Below, in pieces: positions 40,401-51,300 of a stretch of DNA of 64,000 bases. Made by a program: the position numbers and the translations under genes. Position 1 is the first letter of the stretch; each line of letters opens with the position of its first letter. The DNA is from Eledone cirrhosa. Its lineage: Eukaryota. The stretch is taken from the NCBI GenBank assembly GCA_964016885.1, contig OZ024742.1, positions 71,486,001 through 71,550,000 of the forward strand, written 5' to 3'. Below the pieces are notes generated by a model. That model searched no databases and had not been told where the DNA came from. It saw only the letters and a program-made list of their open reading frames with translations.

Positions 40401-41188
40401 TCCCTCAAAATGAAAGGCAGACTGTTTGATGCGTGTATACGAACAGCAATGTTACATGGTAGTGAGACCTGGGCGCTGAATATGGAAGACATGCGTAGAT
40501 TAGAAATAAACGAAGCCTGCATGTTCCGATGGATGTGTAATAGTAATATATATGTGAACGGCAAAGCATAAATGAATTGAGAGAGAGACTGAGCATAAGA
40601 GGAATCAAATGGTGTGTGCAGGAGAGGCGATTGCATTGGTATGGACATGTGATGCGTATGAAGGATGACGGTTGCATAAAAAGGTGCAGAGCACTAGAAG
40701 TCAATGGAAACCGTGGAGTGGGGAGATCCAAGAAGACCTGGGATGAGGTGATAAAAGCCGACCTTACCCAATTACACCTCTCAAAGCGATGACATGCGAC
40801 CGTGACCTCTGGCGTCACGCAGCAATACAGAATACTCGACCCCCCCCCCCCCCCCCCCCGGGTACAAGCCTCAGCTGAAGCATATAGAAAATATGCCCCC
40901 ACACCCTCTCACTGCAAAGTGGTCGTGGAGGTGCCACGGCAAAAAAGCACCCAGCCCACACTGTAAAGTGGACGTGTAGGCGCCACGGAAAAAAAGCACC
41001 CAGTTCTCACTGTAAATGAGGTTGGTGTCAGGAAGGGCATCCAGCTGTAGAAATCAAGCCAGAATCAGTTCCCGTATACGCTAGATGAGGTCAGCCGACC
41101 GGACACTGCCCACAACAGGACAACCCGTCTAACCCATGCTAGCATAGAAGAACGGACGTAAAATAGTGATGATGATGATGATGATGAT
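36785..41188 (+). mobile_element. Full-length but decayed RTE LINE, sister of the intact copy
   Basis: Collinear and highly similar to 48124-51785 from CCTACCTCA onward. APE and RT are split over ORFs 38030-38545, 39148-40386, 40365-40571 and 40577-40792. (GAT)n tail, with (TA)n on both sides. Confidence 0.95.
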
Positions 41189-41210
41189 ATATATATATAC
41201 GTATATATAT

Positions 41211-41546
41211 ATCATCATTTCATTTTCATCATTTCATTTTACGTCCGCTTTTCCCTGCGTGCAAGGGTGGGACGGGAACTGATTCTGGCTTGATTTCTAC
41301 AGCTGGATGCCCTTCCTAACACCAACCTCATTTACAGTGAGTGCTGGGTGCTTTTTTACCGTGGCACCTCCACGACCACTTTGCAGTGGAATGATAGAGA
41401 CCCCAGTCCCTATCATCTCATTTCTACAGCTGAGTAAACTGGAGCAATGTGAAATAAAGTCTCTTGCTCAAGGAAACAACACATCACCCAGTCTGAGAAT
41501 TGAACTCACAACCTTTCGATTGCAAGGCCAATGCTCTAACCACTAA
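41211..41546 (-). mobile_element. Family-A SINE (tRNA head, CORE-like domain, hairpin, RTE 3' tail)
   Basis: Head matches 4473-4630. Tail matches the RTE 3' UTR at 40910-41075. Confidence 0.9.
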
Positions 41547-41571
41547 TATATATATATATATATATACTTAT

Positions 41572-41630
<59 letters not shown>

Positions 41631-41761
41631 TTATGGTTGATAGTTTAACTAATAGGCATATCTACTCATTCCAATTAGCAAACTGTGTTGCAATAAGCAA
41701 AAACACTCAACATTGTGCATATCAACCCTTCATAGATGTGGTTGTGCAGAAATAGAGTTAA

Positions 41762-42194
41762 ATATTTTAATGAAAATACAGGAGACCAGTTTCTGATACA
41801 TTCCTTTAATGTTGCACAATTACATAATACATATTTCTATAGCTGGCCCTTGTCATCAGACCATGATGCAAGACAATTGATGTCATCGGATGTAATGAAT
41901 ATTAAAGATTTTAAAAATTTAGTTCAGTAATCCCTGTTGGATTACAGCAAAATTTGAACAAAGAATTCATATGGAGGAGGCTCAACCAGCGATATGATCA
42001 CTACGACATAGTTTATATTTTGCTGTAACCCAGTAGAAATTACTTACTGAACAAAATCTTTTAAATGTTCATGACATCTGATGTCGTGTCATTGTCTGAT
42101 GACATAAGCCGGCCATAGAAATACATATTATGTAATTGTGCAACATTAAAGGAATATACTAGAATCCAGCCTTCTTGTATTTTCATTGAAATGT
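41762..42194. mobile_element. Foldback element with ~200-bp inverted arms, each carrying a hammerhead-like core
   Basis: 41762-41959 pairs with 42011-42194. CTGATGA..GAAA lies at 42096-42121 (+) and at 41834-41859 (-). Confidence 0.75.
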
Positions 42195-42230
42195 GTATAT
42201 ATCATCATCATCACCATCTTTGACAGCATT

Positions 42231-42618
42231 TGGCTTAGTGGTTAGAGCATTGGGCTTGCAATCGAAAGGTTGTGAGTTCCATTCTCGGACTGGGTAATGT
42301 GTTGTTTTCTTGAGCAAGACACTTTATTTCACATTGCTCCAGTTTACTCAGCTGTAGAAATGAGATGATAGGACTGGGGTCCCTATCATTCCACTGCAAA
42401 GTGGTCGTGGAGGTGCCACGGCAAAAAAGCACCCTGCCCACACTGTAAAGCACCTAGCACTCACTGTAAATGAGGTTGGTGTTAGGAACGGCATCCAGCT
42501 GTAGAAATCAAGCCAGAATCAGTTCCCGTATGAGCAAGACACTACCCACAACAGGACAACCCGTCTAACCCATGCTAACGTGGAAGAACGGATGAAAAAA
42601 CGGTGATGAATGATGATG
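42231..42618 (+). mobile_element. Family-A SINE with RTE 3' tail
   Basis: TGGCTTAGTGG A box, GAGTTCCATTC B box, CORE-like domain and ATGATAGGAC..GTCCCTATCAT hairpin, then the RTE 3' UTR through to a (GAT)n-like tail. Confidence 0.9.
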
Positions 42619-43796
42619 TTCTAACGTTGAGTTTTCTCAAAAAAAGTAATGGAAAACAGAAAAATTGACAGTTCTATCTCCTCAGTCAACCTCTGGAAAT
42701 CACTATGGTTTTGATATATTAAGATTGATACTGTTCATTCCAGTGCACATTGGGACGTAACAAAACTAGTAAAGACAAAGAGTCGACAAGTTATGCCTTT
42801 TGGCAAATTGTGTGTGTGTGTGTAAAGAATACATTAATACACATTGACTGTTAATCAGATTATCTCATGTTTCTTCAAACAAGATGAACTACTAAACTGT
42901 GACAGAATTAGAAGATTTACAACAATAACACTGTTGTTCCACAGTAAGTTGTCACATTAACTACAACTACAAACAACAAACAATGGTGACAATAACAACA
43001 ACAGGAACAAGCACAACCAGACAATAAGAGAAATAAGAATGAGAAGGTATAGAAGTAATATAAAAAGAATCAGTAGAGAAAGTTAATAAAATGTGTGAAT
43101 TTGTTAGTTGAATTGTTTATGACAAGATTTCAGAGAAGTGAAGTTTTACTGGAAGAGACAAACATTACAATTTTTCTCAGTTGAAATCTTGGAATTCAGT
43201 ACAGATTTTTGTTCTCTTGGTTCTTATCATCTCACTTTGTTTCTCTCTTTTGGAAGAATTTTGTAAAGTGAAGAAATTTTGAAAGAATTTAGTAAAACAA
43301 CAAAGTTTTTTTAAAGAAATTTAGTAAAATATTGAACTTTTGAAGGAATTTAGAAAAATAACGAAGTTTTGGAGAATTTAATAAAATAACAAACTTTTGG
43401 AGGAATTTAGTAAAATAACGAACTTTTGGAGGAATTTAGTAAAACAAAAAAGTTTTTTTGTTATTAAACTGATGTTTGGAGCATTACTTCAAAACGTTCT
43501 TACATAAAATTATAAAGAAAGGTTTAAGAGGAGCAATTTTGTATTATAAAAAGGTCAATTTCAGGCAGGTTGCTTGGTAACAAAAGCATTAATAATAAAC
43601 TGGAACGCTTGTGTGTGTGTGTGTGGGGGGGGGGGGTATAAGAGGGATGCACCTGTACCCCTTTCCGCAGCAATCTGAGAGATCAGTGGCTCTGATTCAG
43701 TACTGATTTGGTCTGTAATAATCCACCCAACTCATGCTAGCAGGAAAAATGGATGTTAAATGATGAGTGTGTGTATCCATATGTGGTTAACGGCTG

Positions 43797-43957
43797 AGAG
43801 TACTCAATACCAAAAGTAAAGTTTTAATATTCAATTTATTAAGGCTAAATAGTGAGTCTTGTTTGGAGTTTCAGCTGTTTATCACATGACCCTGTAATAA
43901 ACAAAGTAAACCCCAGAGTAACAAGACTTGATATTTAGCCTTAATTAAATGAATATA
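43797..43957 (-). other. Short foldback element with external GTATTGAGTACTCT tail (minus strand)
   Basis: ATATTCAATTTATTAAGGCTAAATA..GTCTTGTT pairs with AACAAGAC..TATTTAGCCTTAATTAAATGAATAT. AGAGTACTCAATAC lies at 43797-43810. Confidence 0.7.
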
Positions 43958-43979
43958 TATATATATATATATATATATA

Positions 43980-46900
43980 GTAGCTTTTTCATGTCGTTAA
44001 TATTATGATGTTCCCTGCTGTATTAGCGTTAAATTCTCCCTGCTGTATTAGCGATAAATTTTCGAGGGTTTCTCTTAGTAGCTTTTTTCATGACGTTATT
44101 ATTGTTAATTTTACTGATGTAGTATTAACTTGGATATTTACCATGCGACCCTCAGTTCCTACCCCCCCCCCCCTCTATGCACTTCTTTAAGGCTTACTAC
44201 CCTGTCTTTAACCTAATTCATTCAATCTGAAAATATTGAAGAGATAAGACACTTTGCCATTCTTCTCTGCTAAAATGTACCACTGAGCTGATTCAAATTT
44301 TCCCAGCCAGCCATCCACCTAATCTACGAAGGTATTTTAGCCTACATATTGTCGTTAATACTATGATGTTCCCTGCTGTATTAGCGTTAAATTTTCCCTG
44401 CTGTATTAGCGATAAATTTTCGAGGGTTTCTCTTAGTAGCTTTTTCATGTCGTTAATATTATGATGTTCCCTGCTGTATTAGCGTTAAATTTTCCCTGCT
44501 GTATTAGCGATAAATTTTCGAGGGTTTCTCTTAGTAGCTTTTTTCATGACGTTATTATTGTTAATTTTACTGATGTAGTATTAACTTATTAACTTGGATA
44601 TTTACCATGCGGTATTCTAATCCTATTGTATCTCTCTCAGTTATTTACCATGCGACCCTCAGTTCCTACCCCCCCCCCCCCTCTATGCACTTCTTTAAGG
44701 CTTACTACCCTGTCTTTAACCTAATTCATTCAATCTGAAAATATTGAAGAGATAAGACACTTTGCCATTCTTCTCTGCTAAAATGTACCACTGAGCTGAT
44801 TCAAATTTTCCCAGCCAGCCATCCACCTAATCTACGAAGGTATTTTAGCCTACATATTGTCGTTAATATTATGATGTTCCCTGCTGTATTAGCGTTAAAT
44901 TTTCCCTGCTGTATTAGCGATAAATTTTCGAGGGTTTCTCTTAGTAGCTTTTTCATGTCGTTAATATTATGATGTTCCCTGCTGTATTAGCGTTAAATTT
45001 TCCCTGCTGTATTAGCGATAAATTTTCGAGGGTTTCTCTTAGTAGCTTTTTTCATGACGTTATTATTGTTAATTTTACTGATGTAGTATTAACTTATTAA
45101 CTTGGATATTTACCATGCGGTATTCTAATCCTATTGTATCTCTCTCAGTTATTTACCATGCGACCCTCAGTTCCTACCCCCCCCCCCCCCTCTATGCACT
45201 TCTTTAAGGCTTACTACCCTGTCTTTAACCTAATTCATTCAATCTGAAAATATTGAAGAGATAAGACACTTTGCCATTCTTCTCTGCTAAAATGTACCAC
45301 TGAGCTGATTCAAATTTTCCCAGCCAGCCATCCACCTAATCTACGAAGGTATTTTAGCCTACATATTGTCGTTAATACTATGATGTTCCCTGCTGTATTA
45401 GCGTTAAATTTTCCCTGCTGTATTAGCGATAAATTTTCGAGGGTTTCTCTTAGTAGCTTTTTCATGTCGTTAATATTATGATGTTCCCTGCTGTATTAGC
45501 GTTAAATTTTCCCTGCTGTATTAGCGATAAATTTTCGAGGGTTTCTCTTAGTAGCTTTTTTCATGACGTTATTATTGTTAATTTTACTGATGTAGTATTA
45601 ACTTATTAACTTGGATATTTACCATGCGGTATTCTAATCCTATTGTATCTCTCTCAGTTATTTACCATGCGACCCTCAGTTCCTACCCCCCCCCTCTATG
45701 CACTTCTTTAAGGCTTACTACCCTGTCTTTAACCTAATTCATTCAATCTGAAAATATTGAAGAGATAAGACACTTTGCCATTCTTCTCTGCTAAAATGTA
45801 CCACTGAGCTGATTCAAATTTTCCCAGCCAGCCATCCACCTAATCTACGAAGGTATTTTAGCCTACATATTGTCGTTAATACTATGATGTTCCCTGCTGT
45901 ATTAGCGTTAAATTTTCCCTGCTGTATTAGCGATAAATTTTCGAGGGTTTCTCTTAGTAGCTTTTTCATGTCGTTAATATTATGATGTTCCCTGCTGTAT
46001 TAGCGTTAAATTTTCCCTGCTGTATTAGCGATAAATTTTCGAGGGTTTCTCTTAGTAGCTTTTTTCATGACGTTATTATTGTTAATTTTACTGATGTAGT
46101 ATTAACTTATTAACTTGGATATTTACCATGCGGTATTCTAATCCTATTGTATCTCTCTCAGTTATTTACCATGCGACCCTCAGTTCCTACCCCCCCCCCT
46201 CACCCTGTCTTTAACCTAATTCATTCAATCTGAAAATATTGAAGAGATAAGACACTTTGCCATTCTTCTCTGCTAAAATGTACCACTGAGCTGATTCAAA
46301 TTTTCCCAGCCAGCCATCCACCTAATCTACGAAGGTATTTTAGCCTACATATTGTCGTTAATATTATGATGTTCCCTGCTGTATTAGCGTTAAATTTTCC
46401 CTGCTGTATTAGCGATAAATTTTCGAGGGTTTCTCTTAGTAGCTTTTTCATGTCGTTAATATTATGATGTTCCCTGCTGTATTAGCGTTAAATTTTCCCT
46501 GCTGTATTAGCGATAAATTTTCGAGGGTTTCTCTTAGTAGCTTTTTTCATGACGTTATTATTGTTAATTTTACTGATGTAGTATTAACTTATTAACTTGG
46601 ATATTTACCATGCGGTATTCTAATCCTATTGTATCTCTCTCAGTTATTTACCATGCGACCCTCAGTTCCTACCCCCCCCCCCCCCTCTATGCACTTCTTT
46701 AAGGCTTACTACCCTGTCTTTAACCTAATTCATTCAATCTGAAAATATTGAAGAGATAAGACACTTTGCCATTCTTCTCTGCTAAAATGTACCACTGAGC
46801 TGATTCAAATTTTCCCAGCCAGCCATCCACCTAATCTACGAAGGTATTTGAGCCTACATATTGTCGTTAATACTATGATGTTCCCTGCTGTATTAGCGTT

Positions 46901-48128
46901 AAATTTTCCCTGCTGTATTAGCGATAAATTTTCGAGGGTTTCTCTTAGTAGCTTTTTCATGTCGTTAATATTATGATGTTCCCTGCTGTATTAGCGTTAA
47001 ATTTTCCCTGCTGTATTAGCGATAAATTTTCGAGGGTTTCTCTTAGTAGCTTTTTTCATGACGTTATTATTGTTAATTTTACTGATGTAGTATTAACTTA
47101 TTAACTTGGATATTTACCATGCGGTATTCTAATCCTATTGTATCTCTCTCAGTTATTTACCATGCGACCCTCAGTTCCTACCCCCCCCCCCCCCTCTATG
47201 CACTTCTTTAAGGCTTACTACCCTGTCTTTAACCTAATTCATTCAATCTGAAAATATTGAAGAGATAAGACACTTTGCCATTCTTCTCTGCTAAAATGTA
47301 CCACTGAGCTGATTCAAATTTTCCCAGCCAGCCATCCACCTAATCTACGAAGGTATTTTAGCCTACATATTGTCGTTAATACTATGATGTTCCCTGCTGT
47401 ATTAGCGTTAAATTTTCCCTGCTGTATTAGCGATAAATTTTCGAGGGTTTCTCTTAGTAGCTTTTTCATGTCGTTAATATTATGATGTTCCCTGCTGTAT
47501 TAGCGTTAAATTTTCCCTGCTGTATTAGCGATAAATTTTCGAGGGTTTCTCTTAGTAGCTTTTTTCATGACGTTATTATTGTTAATTTTACTGATGTAGT
47601 ATTAACTTATTAACTTGGATATTTACCATGCGGTATTCTAATCCTATTGTATCTCTCTCAGTTATTTACCATGCGACCCTCAGTTCCTACCCCCCCCCCC
47701 CCCCCTCACCCTGTCTTTAACCTAATTCATTCAATCTGAAAATATTGAAGAGATAAGACACTTTGCCATTCTTCTCTGCTAAAATGTACCACTGAGCTGA
47801 TTCAAATTTTCCCAGCCAGCCATCCACCTAATCTACGAAGGTATTTTAGCCTACATATTGTCGTTAATATTATGATGTTCCCTGCTGTATTAGCGTTAAA
47901 TTTTCCCTGCTGTATTAGCGATAAATTTTCGAGGGTTTCTCTTAGTAGCTTTTTCATGTCGTTAATATTATGATGTTCCCTGCTGTATTAGCGTTAAATT
48001 TTCCCTGCTGTATTAGCGATAAATTTTCGAGGGTTTCTCTTAGTAGCTTTTTTCATGACGTTATTATTGTTAATTTTACTGATGTAGTATTAACTTGGAT
48101 ATTTACCATGCGACCCTCAGTTCCTACC
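43980..48128 (+). repeat. Tandem array of ~508-bp monomers (about 8.2 units) fused to the 5' UTR of the intact RTE
   Basis: Marker AATCTGAAAATATTGAAGAG occurs at 44224, 44732, 45241, 45745, 46227, 46736, 47245 and 47733. The last unit joins the RTE 5' UTR at CCTACCTCA. Confidence 0.97.
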
Positions 48129-48371
48129 TCACAATTTCCCTCCCCCCCACCCCCACACACCACCATAGTCTATTCGACCAATCAAACCTAGCATGCCATT
48201 TCCACTGCTGCTGCTGCTACTACCTGCCTAACTAACTCTCTCCTCCTCTGGCGCATCCCAACACACCCTGCCATTACCCCACCACCACTGTCCTTCTAGC
48301 CCTCAATTTTCCCACCGTTAGGGATGGATGAGCTGGGAATACACGAGCAACTCTGAATCAATAGATGAAAT

Positions 48372-51300
48372 ATGAATCTGCGAGCTACCAAGCACCCACG
48401 TGAAGCGCCAACCCAGAGACCCTCCCCTACGAGTGTCGACAAATGCCCAAAACTCCGAGTTGGTACCATCAATGTAGGCTCAATGAAAGGAAGAGCAGGA
48501 GAAATCGTAGAAATGCTAGAGCGAAAGGAAGTTGATGTATGCTGTGTGCAAGAGACTAGATGGAGAGGAGGGTCTGCTAGAGTCCTTGTAGGAAAAAGCC
48601 AGTGCTACAAATTTTTCTGGGTGGGAAATGACGATGGGATGGGTGGTGTAGGTATACTATTAGCTGACAAGTGGGTAGATAAAGTAATCTCAGTGTACAG
48701 GGTAAATGCAAGAATCATTAAACTCAGACTAGTCCTGAATAAGACAATTACCACAATAATATCAGCTTACGCACCCCAATCGGGGCTGCCAGACGAACTT
48801 AAGGATAGGTTTTACGAGTCCCTAATACACACTACTGCTCTAACAGACGACAAGGACTTCCTAATCATTGCAGGAGATTTTAACGGACACGTAGGTAAAC
48901 ACTGCGACGGCTTCAATAGAGTACATGGAGGCCATGGAGTTGGCACAAGGAATGAGGAAGGATTCAGACTTCTAGAATTCTGCGACGCCAATGACATGTC
49001 GATATGTAACACAAACTTTAAAAAACCCGACAACCACCTGATCACCTATAGATCAGGGGAGCACTCTAGTCAGTTAGATTTTATCCTCATCAGAGGACGT
49101 GACAGATGGACGGTCGTAAACACAAAAGCCTTCCCTAGTGAGGAATGTACATCCCAACATAGCTTAGTTGTCAGCGACCTCACGGTCAGAACTAGACGAG
49201 CCCTGAAACAGAGGCCAACCTGGAGAAGAAAGATCTGGAAGCTGAAAGTCCCCTCAACCAGTAACAGATTTAAAGATATTTTACTCAACGCCTACGACAG
49301 TAAAGAAGAACAGATAGAGACATTTAACGTAGAAGAGAACTGGGAGTTCCTAAAAAATAACTTACTAGAGGCGACGGATGAGGTTTGTGGCTGGAGTAAG
49401 ACCTCAAGCAGGAGGAGAGTGACTTGGTGGTGGAACAATAAGGTAGATGAAGCAGTCAAGGCCAAGAGACAGGCATGGAAAGAATGGAAGAACGGGGGGA
49501 GCAGGGTACATTACATAGAGACCAAGAGGGAAGCTAGGCGACAAGTATACTTAGCTAGGAGGGAAGCAGAGGATAGAAAATTCAAGCATGTTTTACAACG
49601 TGAGGACCAGAAACAGGAGGTATTCAAGATTGCGAGGCAGTGTGTCAGAGATAGTTGTGATGTCATTGGAGAGAAGTGTATCCGGAATGATAAAGGTGAG
49701 CTTGCCCTCACAAGTGCTGAGAAGAAAGATGCATGGAAGAGTCATTATGATAGATTACTAAATGAGGAGAATGCATGGGAAGAAGAGACCCTACCCCACG
49801 TAGACCCTATAGAGGGACCAGCAGTACAAGTCAGCGGCAGCGTAGTAAGTAAGGCAATCAGAGATATGAAGATAGGGAAGGCAACCGGTCCATCGGGTAT
49901 AGCTGCCGAGATGCTGAAGGCATCTGGGTCTGTAGGTCACACTATAACCACACGTATCGTTAACCAGGTAATACTAGAGGGGGCCATACCAAAAGATTGG
50001 TGCAGTAGCATCATTGTCAACTGCTACAAAGGTAAAGGCGATGCACTAGATAGAGGAAACTATAGAGGTATAAAGTTGATGGACCAGGTCATGAAAGTAA
50101 CAGAAAGAGTTATAGCACAGCTGATTAGGGACCGGGTGAATATAGACGAGATGCAATTTGGGTTTGTTCCAGGGAAAGGCACCACTGATGCGCTCTTCCT
50201 TGTGAGGCAATTACAGGAAAAGTACCTAGCTAAAAGTAAGCCACTCTACTTGGCATTTGTCGACCTTGAGAAAGCCTTTGACAGAGTTCCACGTGCAGTA
50301 ATCTGGTGGGCTCTTAGAAAACTAGGAGTAGATGAATGGCTTGTGAAAGCGGTACAAGCCATGTATAGGGGAGCAGTCAGCAAAGTTAGGATTGGCAATG
50401 AGTATAGCGAGGAATTTAGCGTACAGGTTGGGGTCCACCAGGGCTCTGTTCTTAGCCCTCTCCTGTTCATCATAGTCCTGCAGGCAATAACGGAGGAGTT
50501 TAAGACCGGATGCCCATGGGAACTCCTGTATGCTGATGACCTCGCACTCATAGCTGAATCTATGGTAGAACTAGAGAATAAATTCCAAACCTGGAAGCAG
50601 GGACTAGAGAGAAAGGGCCTCAAAGTCAACATGACAAAGACTAAGGTCCTTATAAGTAGACGAGAAAACAGAACCCAGATCCCCTCAGGGAAATGGCCTT
50701 GCTCAGTATGTAGGAAAGGTGTAGGTAGGAACTCCATTCTTTGCCCCAAATGCAAACAATGGGTACACAAGAGATGTAGCGGGATCTCAGGAAGCTTAAT
50801 TAAGAATGTAGGATTCACATGCAGCAGCTGTGCTGAAACAGCAAGCAAACAGCCACAGGAAACAAGTACCACCAATCTCTGGGAGGGCCCTGTAGAAACA
50901 GTAGACAGCTTCTGCTACCTAGGTGACCGAATTAGCAACGGAGGTGGGTGCTCAGAAAGTACAATAACTAGGGTAAGAACGGGATGGAAGAAGTTTAGGG
51001 AACTACTACCACTGCTAGCTGCAAAAGGCTTCTCCCTCAGAATGAAAGGCAGACTGTATGATGCGTGTATCCGAACAGCGATGTTGCATGGTAGTGAGAC
51101 CTGGGCGCTGAAGGTGGAAGACTTACGTAGATTAGAGAGAAACGAAGCCTGCATGCTCCGATGGATGTGTAACAGTAATATACGTGAACGACAAAGCATA
51201 AATGAATTGAGAGAGAGACTGAGCATAAGAGGAATCAAATGCTGCGTGCAGGAGAGGCGGTTACGCTGGTATGGACATGTGATGCGTATGAAGGATGACA

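Noticed and set aside
44275-44295. Minus-strand AGCTCAGTGGTA in each monomer as a tRNA/Pol III A box
   Set aside because: No B box or cloverleaf was found, and the motif is not kept in the sister monomer.
43980-48128. Array as a pure assembly artefact
   Set aside because: Units carry structured differences, and the sister RTE independently shows the same architecture. The exact copy number remains unverified.
48124-48371. HDV-like ribozyme in the RTE 5' UTR
   Set aside because: Only a simple hairpin near 48309-48340 was seen. I could not build the nested pseudoknot by eye, so it needs a descriptor search.
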